64,000 nt of DNA, taken from assembly GCA_016714085.1 (NCBI GenBank), contig JADJNW010000019.1:11248-75247 (forward strand), given 5' to 3'. This document shows positions 46,459 to 55,447 of this stretch, one piece after another (position 1 is the first letter of the stretch; every line of letters starts with the position of its first letter). The notes below the pieces were generated by a model. The model was not told the DNA's origin and made no database searches. It worked only from the letters and a program-made list of their open reading frames with translations. The DNA is from Saprospiraceae bacterium. GTDB lineage: Bacteria > Bacteroidota > Bacteroidia > Chitinophagales > Saprospiraceae. The position numbers and the translations under genes are program-made.

Positions 46459-49008
46459 TTAGAAGAATATTCTATCTAAGTCGGCTTCAAAATGCTCTTG
46501 TAATATTTCAAATAAAAAAACGGAGAGCGATTGTCGGCCGAGTTCACGGTTGATTTTTAGCACATGATCTCTGATAAAAGGGGGTTCATAAATTCGGCGC
46601 GGCGGCTGCGCGGTATAAAATTCACGACGATGGATGTCTTCGGGCGTAAAAAAACCGTGTTTTTCTATTTGAATAACATACAAATGGTCGAATTGATCAG
46701 AAAGCTTCCAGCGATGGATACCTTTCTCGGTTTCAAGAAATAATTGAACGCCCATGCCCAATAAGGTAAACTCAAGGCCATAAAGTTTGTCATCAGGTTT
46801 TTCACCTTGGTTTTGCCAGTTTGGCTTTTCGAGATCACAATCCAATTTAATGTATTCTTTTCGGGGATCAACAGTGGTAATGTAATTGTTCTGCTCATCA
46901 TAGCTGCCAAATTCTATCGGCTCATTATAAAAAGCTTCTCTAAACCACACGGATTGGGCAGAATATCGAAATCCTTTCTCCTGAAAAATATCGAGGTAAA
47001 AACGTACAATCTGCTCAAGATGAGTGCCATAAATAGCAAAAAAACAAACATTCGATTCTGGTATCAGCCCTCCGGCAAGTCGAAGTTTAACCGTTTTTAG
47101 CTTTGCCGACCAATTCTCCATCTGATCATATAATTTTGCTTGCACCGGCGCAAGCCCCAAACTGCTCATGCTTAATGCGTTTTCAATAGCTTCGATCTCT
47201 TCCTGCAGTTCCTGCGTATGCGCCTTTATTTGTAGAAAGTCGCTGTATCGATTGGCAAAAGTGGGATTATTCCAAAAATTTTTATTATGTTTTTTTTCAG
47301 ATTCCAAGTGTTCCAATTCACTAAGAAATTGATGGTAGGAATTTCCATCCTGTAGCGTAGTAATATGGCGGCGAAGATTGGCGGCATGATTGGCTTGGGT
47401 CATTTTCTCCAATTCCTCCAGCATTAGATCCAAAGCCAAAGGGTCATCCTCGATATTTATTTGCAATTCTTGATCAGAAACATCCACTTGTACCGAAAGC
47501 TGGTCGGTCGTGTCATAAGCATTCAGCGCTTTAGCCAAAGGCACTGCCAATTGTTCGCGGATAACCCTTTGCAAAAAACGCGCTCCGTATCGCGGGTGGT
47601 AACCTTTCCCCCCCAAGTAATCGAGCACTGCATCCTTTATTTGTAAATCCATCCGGCGGTAGCGAATACCTTCTCTTTGCTTTAAGAATGCTAATTCGCG
47701 TTCGACTACAAAACGGATCGTAAAATTATCGAGTGGCTCAAAAGCAATCACTTCATCAATTCGATTAAATAATTCCGGGCGGAAATGCTTTTGAACGGCA
47801 TTCAAAAAATGCTCGGTCACATCTTTAGCACTTGTTTCATTATTCCAACCGACTCGACTATTTTGCAATGCGCTTGCGCCAATATTGGAAGTCATAATAA
47901 TAATCGTACTACAAAAATTAACCAATTTTCCCTGATTATCGGTCAGGCGCCCTTCACTTAAAATTTGCAGCAGTAAATCGTAAAAACTTGGATGTGCTTT
48001 TTCAATTTCATCAAAAAGCAATACGCAGAAAGGCTCGCGGCGAACCGCGGAAGTCAATAAACCATCTGCAAAATAATCCGAACCGATCAATCGCATAGCG
48101 GTAAAAGGATCAGAAAATTCACTCATATCAAAACGAATCATCCGTTGGCGATTGCCAAACATAAATTGGGCCAGCACTTTAGCCAATTCGGTTTTGCCTA
48201 CTCCTGTTGGCCCCACAAACAGGAAAGAAGCGATGGGCTTGCCGGCTCGTGTGAGCGCCGCTTTGACCGATGCCAGCACATTTACCACACCATCAACCGC
48301 TTTATCCTGCCCGAAAACATTGGAATGAAATTCATTTCTGACTTTTAAAATATTCATTTGCACCGCAGGATCGACGATGAACACAGGCATTCCTGTTTCT
48401 GCGCAGAAATATTCGATGATCTCCGAACGACTGATCTCCGGACTATTACTGGGTGCGTTTTTTTTATTCAACAGCATACTTTCCAGAAAGCGGATGGGTC
48501 GGCCGGGCATCCCGGCATAAGGCACAAAGCGACTATGTAAACGGATTACCTCTTGAATAGCATCCTCGCTGATTTGAAGATGGCGTCCTTCGGCAATGTC
48601 GCGTACTTTTTGTAAAATAATACTTTCTAATTGTTTTTGCGGAGGTTGCTGAAGGCGAATAATCTGGAAAAAGGAAAGAAAATTGGAGCTTTTCAATTCT
48701 ATTCTGGCGAGTTCTTCTTCGGTACACTCAGAAATAATCACAATTTCACCCTGAGCAATATAATTGCGCATAAAGTCAGCAAGACTCACGCTATTACCGG
48801 CGTATTGGCCTACTTCAAACAGTTCCATCAGATTGCGAATAAAAAGAATATGCTCGCTTCCTTTCAACTCATTACAAAAAAGCGCCATATTATTTTCCCA
48901 AGCGCCGGTGTCGCCTGTCAATTCTTTGATGAGGGTAGAAGCGGTGGTCTCCCAGATTTGCCCTTTAACACGCAATTTCTTTTGCTGATGCGCCAATTCC
49001 CAAACCAA
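46459..49008 (-). CDS. Clp/Hsp100-family double-AAA+ ATPase, main fragment: D1 (degenerate Walker B), D2, and a C-terminal release-factor-like domain lacking GGQ
   Basis: D1 remnants include HILFIRNLMELFEVGQ, AQGEIVIISECTEEE and PGRPIRFLE. D2 carries FGQDKAV, FLFVGPTGVGKTELAK, VLLFDEIEKAH, IIMTSNIGA, FRPELFNRIDEVIAFEPL and GARFLQRVI. The C-terminal 320 aa carry RF-like blocks (see findings). Confidence 0.8.
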   Translation of the reverse strand: MVWELAHQQKKLRVKGQIWETTASTLIKELTGDTGAWENNMALFCNELKGSEHILFIRNLMELFEVGQYAGNSVSLADFMRNYIAQGEIVIISECTEEELARIELKSSNFLSFFQIIRLQQPPQKQLESIILQKVRDIAEGRHLQISEDAIQEVIRLHSRFVPYAGMPGRPIRFLESMLLNKKNAPSNSPEISRSEIIEYFCAETGMPVFIVDPAVQMNILKVRNEFHSNVFGQDKAVDGVVNVLASVKAALTRAGKPIASFLFVGPTGVGKTELAKVLAQFMFGNRQRMIRFDMSEFSDPFTAMRLIGSDYFADGLLTSAVRREPFCVLLFDEIEKAHPSFYDLLLQILSEGRLTDNQGKLVNFCSTIIIMTSNIGASALQNSRVGWNNETSAKDVTEHFLNAVQKHFRPELFNRIDEVIAFEPLDNFTIRFVVERELAFLKQREGIRYRRMDLQIKDAVLDYLGGKGYHPRYGARFLQRVIREQLAVPLAKALNAYDTTDQLSVQVDVSDQELQINIEDDPLALDLMLEELEKMTQANHAANLRRHITTLQDGNSYHQFLSELEHLESEKKHNKNFWNNPTFANRYSDFLQIKAHTQELQEEIEAIENALSMSSLGLAPVQAKLYDQMENWSAKLKTVKLRLAGGLIPESNVCFFAIYGTHLEQIVRFYLDIFQEKGFRYSAQSVWFREAFYNEPIEFGSYDEQNNYITTVDPRKEYIKLDCDLEKPNWQNQGEKPDDKLYGLEFTLLGMGVQLFLETEKGIHRWKLSDQFDHLYVIQIEKHGFFTPEDIHRREFYTAQPPRRIYEPPFIRDHVLKINRELGRQSLSVFLFEILQEHFEADLDRIFF

Positions 49009-49715
49009 AGCGGTTTTTCCGACACCCGACGCCCGACTAATAATATGCTGCGATTGAATTGATTTTTCAATGCTTTTGCTAATTGCTCCAGCGGAGATTC
49101 CATGCCATAAGCCAACGATTTATGAATATCAAGCAGTTGAGCGGCTTTTGGAAGCAGTGGATTGGCACTAGTGCTTTCCATTTCTTCGATCTCAGCAGGA
49201 AAAAGGGCACGAAGCTCGATTTCATCGCTCCACAACTCTATTACATCATACCAAATAGTAGTGATAATTTGTTGAATCGCGCTCAGGCGCTTTTTTCGAG
49301 TAAACTCGATGCGAATAATTTCTTGAAATTGCTTGGGAATATCCGTTTTAGAAGCAGCAAAGGTCTCAAGGCCAAGCGCTGGCACAATCCCTTTTACACC
49401 TTCATTACTTTCGGTATAAAAAAAATCAAAAGAAAGAGCAAATGCAGGATAGCTAAACCCATCTTTTGCTGCGGGAAAATTTACTTCTAAAGTATCAGAA
49501 TAATATTCGGAATGGCGAAATTCATCGAGCAGTTGACGAAATTTCCCTTTGTCAAACACTTGTCGCTGAACGATTTCAGCATATTTTCCAGCCAAAATTT
49601 CAAAGCCTTGCCCAATGCGCACCACCTCTTTGTCCGCCATTGGAATAAAAAAGTGCGTATTAGCTTGAAAATTAATCTTAAACGCGTAAAAAGGAATTGT
49701 AATTTTATAAGCCAT
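48918..49715 (-). CDS. N-terminal fragment (unrecognised ~230-aa domain plus the start of D1 Walker A) of the Clp/Hsp100-like ATPase
   Basis: The ORF ends ..NRSILLVGRRVSEKPLWFG. Restoring one base at ~49030 gives ILLVG.SGVGKTALVWELAHQQ, which continues into ORF 46459..49008. The start is uncertain (ATG 49715 or 49640; the track uses TTG 49745). Confidence 0.7.
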   Translation of the reverse strand: MAYKITIPFYAFKINFQANTHFFIPMADKEVVRIGQGFEILAGKYAEIVQRQVFDKGKFRQLLDEFRHSEYYSDTLEVNFPAAKDGFSYPAFALSFDFFYTESNEGVKGIVPALGLETFAASKTDIPKQFQEIIRIEFTRKKRLSAIQQIITTIWYDVIELWSDEIELRALFPAEIEEMESTSANPLLPKAAQLLDIHKSLAYGMESPLEQLAKALKNQFNRSILLVGRRVSEKPLWFGNWRISKRNCVLKGKSGRPPLLPSSKN

Positions 49716-49809
49716 CCCGTAGCTCGATGTTTGGTAAAGAGCCAATAAATGTAGGAAAATTTTGATAAATAATGCCGGATGACTTTTTCGCTTTTGCGAT
49801 TAGGATGCT

Positions 49810-50331
49810 TTAATGCCCTATAATATTAGAAAATTCTTGCATTAATGCTTTTGCGACATTCTCATTGCTTTCTTTGATTTGATAAACCACACCCGCTTGA
49901 AGGTAATACATTTCTCTCGCTGCCAGTTTTTCAGCAATAAAGGTGTATAAAGTTTCATCATTCAAATTTTGTAATAAAGGACGATGGGCGCGTTCTGATT
50001 GAAGTCTTTCCACAAGAATATCGACGGGTGTTTGCAGATAAATCGTAATGCCATATTGATTCATCCAATTCATATTATCAAAAAAACAAGGCGTACCACC
50101 GCCGGTAGCAATAACTGCATCTTCATGCTTGAGAATTTTATGTAAAGCATTTTGTTCTATTGCACGAAAAGCTGCTTCTCCATTTTGCTCAAAAATTTGA
50201 GGAATGGTGCGTCCTTCTTGCTGCTCGATTTCATTATCCAAATCAATAAAGGGTATGTTGCAAAGGTGCGCCAGCCTTTTACCTACGTGACTCTTGCCGC
50301 TGCCCATAAAGCCAATTAAGAAAATTCGCAT
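49810..50331 (-). CDS. aroK: Shikimate kinase
   Basis: MRIFLIGFMGSGKSHVGKRLA (Walker A), IDLDNEIE, ATGGG and a ~170-aa size all fit. Confidence 0.9.
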   Translation of the reverse strand: MRIFLIGFMGSGKSHVGKRLAHLCNIPFIDLDNEIEQQEGRTIPQIFEQNGEAAFRAIEQNALHKILKHEDAVIATGGGTPCFFDNMNWMNQYGITIYLQTPVDILVERLQSERAHRPLLQNLNDETLYTFIAEKLAAREMYYLQAGVVYQIKESNENVAKALMQEFSNIIGH

Positions 50332-50457
50332 ATTGGTCGAGAAAGTTTTTGAGGCAACAATCATCTGTTTATTTTGGTTTTAAAAGGAATAAACTACTTT
50401 TACGGTTGAAAATTAAGATTGTTAAAGAAAAATGCTTAAAGTAATAAAAAAACTTGG

Positions 50458-50934
50458 GTGCTTTACATGGGATTAGCTCTGTACGCTTGCCAGAGTACCC
50501 CAAATGGAAATGAAAAAACATTAGAAGAAATTCCGGTGCAAAGTAATGCTGCTGAGATTATTCGCAACCCGGTATCTGCCAGCGAGCCTTTAGATACGGG
50601 GAAAGTTGCCAGAATTGATTTTGCTGAGGAAACTTATGATTTTGGAACCGCGAAAGAAGGAGACATTGTCATCCATGATTTTCAATTTACGAATACAGGC
50701 CAAACGCCTTTAATTATTACCGATGCTCGTTCCAGTTGCGGCTGCACAGTGCCGGAATGGCCCGAAGAACCAATCGCACCGGGAAAAAGCGCTGTAATTA
50801 GTGTAAAATTTGATACAACAGAAAAAGAAGGGCTTCAAGTTAAACGTATTCTCATAACTGCTAATACGTATCCTTCTGAATCAAAGATATATTTGAGAGG
50901 AACGGTCTTGTCAAAAGAAGAATCCAATCAATAA
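50458..50934 (+). CDS. DUF1573 domain protein (lipoprotein; true start probably ATG 50432 with an indel in an A7 run)
   Basis: FDFGTAKEGDIVIHDFQFTNTGQTPLIITDARSSCGCTVPEWPEEPIAPGKSAVISVKFDT is the DUF1573 signature. Upstream, MLKVIKK.. joins ..LYMGLALYAC (lipobox) after a 1-nt correction. Confidence 0.8.
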   Translation: MLYMGLALYACQSTPNGNEKTLEEIPVQSNAAEIIRNPVSASEPLDTGKVARIDFAEETYDFGTAKEGDIVIHDFQFTNTGQTPLIITDARSSCGCTVPEWPEEPIAPGKSAVISVKFDTTEKEGLQVKRILITANTYPSESKIYLRGTVLSKEESNQ

Positions 50935-51039
50935 ATGTTTAATCATTTTACAATCGAAAAACCTGTTACAATATGTTATTATTAAGTACTTTATTATTAC
51001 AAGCAGGAGGCGCTGGCACAATCAACTTTTTGTTTTTGG

Positions 51040-51354
51040 GTGCTATGCTGCTTATTTTTTTGGCTATTTTTGATACGCCCACAAGCAAAACGTCAGCGTG
51101 AGCAGAAAACTTTTCAGGATAATCTGGAGAGAGGCGATGAAATTGTAACCTCCAGCGGCATCCTTGGTAAGATTACAAAGATAGAGGACGATATTATTAC
51201 CATTGAAATTGGCAACAAAGCGCATTTGCGAATTACTCGAAACTCCATTTCTAAAGAAATGACGCAGGCAATCTATGCTAAAACGGCTAAAAATACCAAG
51301 TCAAATAATAAAGATACGAAACAAGAAGATCAAGATTCTGCTGAGGGAGGATAG
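51040..51354 (+). CDS. yajC: Preprotein translocase subunit YajC (N-terminus frameshifted; probable true start ATG 50973)
   Basis: LIRPQAKRQREQKTFQDNLERGDEIVTSSGILGKITKIEDDIITIEI matches YajC. The TM segment MLLLSTLLLLQAGGAGTINFLFLGAMLLIF lies upstream in another frame across a T7 run (~51055). Confidence 0.8.
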   Translation: MLCCLFFWLFLIRPQAKRQREQKTFQDNLERGDEIVTSSGILGKITKIEDDIITIEIGNKAHLRITRNSISKEMTQAIYAKTAKNTKSNNKDTKQEDQDSAEGG

Positions 51355-52252
51355 AACAACCTTGTTGATTTGCATCGGTCTTGCTTTGGTTTTTTGGATA
51401 TTGACCAAACTCTCCAAAACTTATACTTACGACAAGGAAGTGGCGCTCAGATTCAGCGTGCCGGAGGGAAGGTCTTTTATCGAGCAGCCCCCATCTACTT
51501 TGACCGCTAAGCTGGAGGGCAGGGGTTGGGAATTGATGTTTGACTACGTGGTCGGGCCTGAAATTATCTTGTCTTATAATCTGGAATCCCAGGATTTACT
51601 TAGTCTTTCTCAAGATCAATTGCGGAGCGATGTGCGTCGAAAGCTTGCCTTTGGCAATATTAAAGTTGCAGAATTAAACGCTGGAAACATCAATTTGTCA
51701 TTGGAAGAGAAAGCAACAAAACGAGTGCCGATTAAGGTGCGAGACTCGTTGGTATTTTCATCGGGCTATCATTTGAGAGCTATCAAAATCAAGCCGGATA
51801 GTGTGACACTCACCGGCTCGATTTCTTTATTAGACAGTATTTCCCAGTGGAAAACGGATTCTTTTTTTATCTCTGATATTAAGAATAATTTAAATAGAAC
51901 TGTCTCTTTGGCAAAACCATCAGGGGCGTTGCAATTGAATGTAAAATCAGCAGCGGTAGATATTCAGGTAGAGCAAATCACCGAAAAATCAATGTTTATT
52001 CCACTCACCGTGCGCAACGCACCCGACAGCCTCAAATACTTTCCGGAAAGCGTGAAAGTAACGTGTGTAGTAGGTTTGAGTGATTATAATAAAATAAAGA
52101 ACGAAGATTTTAGTGCAGAAATAGACCTTGCCAACGTATCGCTTAGCGAAGGCAAAAATACAATACCCATTAGGATGGTAAAGCAATCGCCACAAGCTAT
52201 TACCGTGCAGTTTACACCGAAGTCCGCAGAGTTTTTTCTTTTTAAAAAATAA
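51275..52252 (+). CDS. YbbR-like domain-containing protein
   Basis: It has an N-terminal TM (LLICIGLALVFWILTKLSK) followed by repeated ~80-aa beta modules, as in YbbR/CdaR-like proteins. The start overlaps the yajC 3' end and is uncertain. Confidence 0.55.
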   Translation: MLKRLKIPSQIIKIRNKKIKILLREDRTTLLICIGLALVFWILTKLSKTYTYDKEVALRFSVPEGRSFIEQPPSTLTAKLEGRGWELMFDYVVGPEIILSYNLESQDLLSLSQDQLRSDVRRKLAFGNIKVAELNAGNINLSLEEKATKRVPIKVRDSLVFSSGYHLRAIKIKPDSVTLTGSISLLDSISQWKTDSFFISDIKNNLNRTVSLAKPSGALQLNVKSAAVDIQVEQITEKSMFIPLTVRNAPDSLKYFPESVKVTCVVGLSDYNKIKNEDFSAEIDLANVSLSEGKNTIPIRMVKQSPQAITVQFTPKSAEFFLFKK

Positions 52253-52364
52253 AATACCATTTTGATAATCAGTTACTTGGAGCGTTGGTCGTGGTATGCC
52301 AATTTACATTAAGCATTTTAATTCTTATTTTTGAACCAAATTTAATTCGCAAATAAAATTTGAG

Positions 52365-53177
52365 ATGAAAAAGACATTCTTGTTATTGCTGGTATGTAGT
52401 ATTGGTTTTGGTGGTCTCTATTCACAAGATGCTGCACCGTTTAAATTCAAAGAACAAAAGGGCATTGCTATTAAAGAGGATGTGTTGGCTATATTATTTG
52501 ATAAAAACTGGACAAGTTTCAAGCAATACACTGTAAATACAGGTAAAGCGCAGCCGCAAAAAAGTAATTTCTTTGCTATAAGAATCAATGCAGATAGCAG
52601 TTTTCAAATATCGGGCACAAATTATCGGCAAAATGGTCGTTGGGTTGCCAATGGGAAATCACTGCAATTACAAGTGACAGAAGATGTTAAATCCTCTAAC
52701 CCAGAGGCAGAAGCTATTGGCGGCACATATTCCATTTATAAAATTACGGGCGATGAATTGCTGCTCGTGAAAGAAATGCAGCAGGGCAATACGGAGCATT
52801 GGGTTTGTTATTTTAAAGGAACGAAACCAGCTGATATTGGCTCTATTCCTATGGCTAGTGCCTCTGCAAGAACAGTGGAAGTAGATAAACTAAAAATAGA
52901 AAAAGAGAATTTGATGAAAGAGATCAGCATGGAATTTTTCTTGCGTGGCGAGAAAAAGATACCGGATTTGGAAAAAATGGGCAATAATGAACTGATATCC
53001 ATGCGAAATTCGCTTGTCCGAGGAAAATACAGCAGAGAACAAGTACTTATTGATGAGATAAAAGTGGAACTATTTATGCGAAAACTCACGCCACCAGCCG
53101 ATCTGGAACAAATGAAATACGGACAACTCAAGAAATTGAAAAAGCAAATTTTATCAGGAAAATATAAAGCAAATTGA
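52365..53177 (+). CDS. Hypothetical secreted protein with two ~40-aa C-terminal repeats
   Basis: It has a signal peptide. The C-terminal repeats are LMKEISMEFFLRGEKKIPDLEKMGNNELISMRNSLVRGKY and LIDEIKVELFMRKLTPPADLEQMKYGQLKKLKKQILSGKY. Confidence 0.5.
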   Translation: MKKTFLLLLVCSIGFGGLYSQDAAPFKFKEQKGIAIKEDVLAILFDKNWTSFKQYTVNTGKAQPQKSNFFAIRINADSSFQISGTNYRQNGRWVANGKSLQLQVTEDVKSSNPEAEAIGGTYSIYKITGDELLLVKEMQQGNTEHWVCYFKGTKPADIGSIPMASASARTVEVDKLKIEKENLMKEISMEFFLRGEKKIPDLEKMGNNELISMRNSLVRGKYSREQVLIDEIKVELFMRKLTPPADLEQMKYGQLKKLKKQILSGKYKAN

Positions 53178-54919
53178 TTTCACAAAAGAGCGTTCAGGAG
53201 GTTCTTGACACTGCAAAGGTCGAGGATATTATTGGCGACTACGTACAGCTGCGGCGACGAGGCGCTAATCTGATCGGTCTTTGTCCTTTTCACAATGAAA
53301 AAACGCCTTCTTTTTCGGTTTCTCCGACCAAAAATATCTACAAATGCTTCGGCTGCGGGCGTGGCGGCAACGCGGTGCAATTCTTGATGGAGCAAGAAAA
53401 TATTACTTTCCCGGAGGCGATTCGCAATCTGGCCCAGCGGTACAAGATTGAATTGGAGGAAACAGAAACTTCCCAAGAAGCTATTCAGGAGCGACAATAC
53501 GCTGATAGTCTTTATATTATAAATGAATATGCTCAATTATTTTATCAGGATCAATTATTTAATACCGACCGAGGCAAAAGCGTAGGTTTGAGTTATTTCA
53601 AGCAGAGGGGTTTTCGGGAAGAAACGATCAAAAAATTTGGTTTGGGTTATGCTTCGGAGCGGCGGGATGCCTTTACTTTGAAGGCGATCAATGATGGTTA
53701 TAATATCGAATTGCTACGCAAATTGGGTTTGGTCACGCAGTATGATAATGATTTCTTCCGGGATCGGGTGATGTTTACCATCCATAATGTTTCCGGGAAG
53801 CCAGTAGCTTTTGCCGGACGTATTTTGCAAAAAGATGCCAAAGCGCCTAAATATATCAATTCTCCTGAAACCGATATTTACAATAAAAGTAAGACACTCT
53901 ATGGTTTATACTTTGCGAAAAAAACAATACGACAAGAAGACGAGTGTATTCTGGTAGAAGGCTATACCGATGTCATTTCTTTGCATCAGGCAGGCATTGA
54001 GAATGTGGTTGCGTCGTCGGGTACTTCGCTCACCGAAGGACAAATTCAACTCATTAAGCGACATACGCCTAATATAAAAATATTATATGATGGTGATTTT
54101 GCTGGAATTAAAGCGGCATTGCGAGGATTGGATATGGTGTTGGAACAGGATTTAAACGTCAAAATAGTGCTGTTGCCGGAAGGCGAAGACCCCGATTCTT
54201 ATCTGGAAAAAGTAGGCGAAACTGCATTCCGAACTTATATTGCCGAGCAAGCACAAGATTTTATTACCTTCAAAACCAGTCTGTTATTAAAAGATGCCGG
54301 AAATGATCCGGTGAAAAAAGCTGCTCTGGTGAAAGACATTGTAGCTACGATTGGGAAAATTCCTGACCCGGTCAAGCGCGCATTTTATATCCAGGAATGT
54401 GCTAAGATGATGGGCATTGGCGAACAAATTCTGGTCGGTGAAACGAATAAAGTTTTGGTACAGACCCTTAAAAAACAGCAGCAAAGACGCGAAGCTGCGC
54501 CTGTAGCGCGTGAGGATAAAGAGGAATGGATAAGCGAGGGTGGGGTAGAAGTGCCTGTGCCACAGCCCAAACCTCAAGAAAATCAATATATTGGAGATGA
54601 ATTTCAGGAAAAAGATATTGTACGTATTTTGATTGCCGGGGGCGATACGATTTTTGATCCGGAAGACCAGGAAACCGTGGCGGAGTATATTATTAGAAAT
54701 ATTGAAGATGTGTTAGAAGAATTTGATAATAAATTATATCAAAAAATAGCCAAAATTACATTGAATCAATTATTAGATAAATTGCCCGTTAATCCACAGT
54801 TTTTTGTCCAACATCCTGATGCAGAGATTAGTAAACTTGCAATTGATTTATTATCTTTCCCGTACGAATTCAGTGAAAATTGGGAGAAGCGCTGGGAGAT
54901 TTTTTTTATTACAAAATAA
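53174..54919 (+). CDS. dnaG: DNA primase DnaG (main fragment)
   Basis: The zinc ribbon is GLCPFHNEKTPSFSVSPTKNIYKCFGCGRGGNAVQF. The TOPRIM domain carries ILVEGYTDVISLHQAGIENVVASSGTSLT and LYDGDFAGIKAALR. The frame is lost in a T8 run at ~54900. Confidence 0.95.
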   Translation: MISQKSVQEVLDTAKVEDIIGDYVQLRRRGANLIGLCPFHNEKTPSFSVSPTKNIYKCFGCGRGGNAVQFLMEQENITFPEAIRNLAQRYKIELEETETSQEAIQERQYADSLYIINEYAQLFYQDQLFNTDRGKSVGLSYFKQRGFREETIKKFGLGYASERRDAFTLKAINDGYNIELLRKLGLVTQYDNDFFRDRVMFTIHNVSGKPVAFAGRILQKDAKAPKYINSPETDIYNKSKTLYGLYFAKKTIRQEDECILVEGYTDVISLHQAGIENVVASSGTSLTEGQIQLIKRHTPNIKILYDGDFAGIKAALRGLDMVLEQDLNVKIVLLPEGEDPDSYLEKVGETAFRTYIAEQAQDFITFKTSLLLKDAGNDPVKKAALVKDIVATIGKIPDPVKRAFYIQECAKMMGIGEQILVGETNKVLVQTLKKQQQRREAAPVAREDKEEWISEGGVEVPVPQPKPQENQYIGDEFQEKDIVRILIAGGDTIFDPEDQETVAEYIIRNIEDVLEEFDNKLYQKIAKITLNQLLDKLPVNPQFFVQHPDAEISKLAIDLLSFPYEFSENWEKRWEIFFITK

Positions 54920-55136
54920 ACCGGAAGAAAATTTTTCAGAAGATAGCGTCCAATCCTTACGCCGATTTAAATTGCGCAAGATCATGCGGATGTGCGATAA
55001 AAATTTGCAAAAAATACAATCGCTTATCCAACCTGAGGAAGCCGAACAATTGATGACGCACATGAAAGTGCAACAAAAGTTGACGACCATGCGCAATGAA
55101 TTAGCGGAACAATTGGGGACGGTTGTGTTGAAATAA
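54804..55136 (+). CDS. dnaG: DnaG C-terminal fragment (frame-shifted continuation from ~54905)
   Basis: After ..NWEKRWEIF the +1 frame continues LQNKPEENFSEDSVQSLRRFKLRKIMRMCDKNLQKIQ...ELAEQLGTVVLK*. Only the part downstream of ~54905 is likely to be translated. Confidence 0.7.
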   Translation: MSNILMQRLVNLQLIYYLSRTNSVKIGRSAGRFFLLQNKPEENFSEDSVQSLRRFKLRKIMRMCDKNLQKIQSLIQPEEAEQLMTHMKVQQKLTTMRNELAEQLGTVVLK

Positions 55137-55148
55137 AATAGTTCTTTA

Positions 55149-55349
55149 TTACTTATCTCGCTCAAAATATAAATAAAAATAAACCGCACTGCCAAAATCC
55201 GTGGCATCGGTCGAAACCAAACGCCAGCCTTCATTGGCATATTCATCCAATTTCGCCTGTATATCAGCTCCGGAAGATTTTATGATATGTTCTTTATCCA
55301 ATGTAAGCTTGCTATAATAAATAAGCGATTCCAGTTTATATTCTTTCAT
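55149..55349 (-). CDS. DUF4177 domain-containing small protein
   Basis: It is 66 aa. YKLESL...AKLDEYANEGWRLVS..........YFYLYFERDK fits the DUF4177 pattern (Y.. ... GWELV). Confidence 0.55.
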   Translation of the reverse strand: MKEYKLESLIYYSKLTLDKEHIIKSSGADIQAKLDEYANEGWRLVSTDATDFGSAVYFYLYFERDK

Positions 55350-55447
55350 TAGAAAATAATATTTAATAAATTGATCATATTATATTATCAAAGGCAGGCT
55401 ACAGGGCGTTCCTTACTCGTTTCAAATATATTCCTTTTTTGAAAATA

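Noticed and set aside
20540-49745. Treating rtcB and the RF-like Clp ATPase as one RtcB-PrfH-type operon or system
   Set aside because: They are ~25 kb apart, separated by about 20 unrelated genes on both strands, so no operon-level evidence exists. The idea is kept only as a co-occurrence hypothesis.
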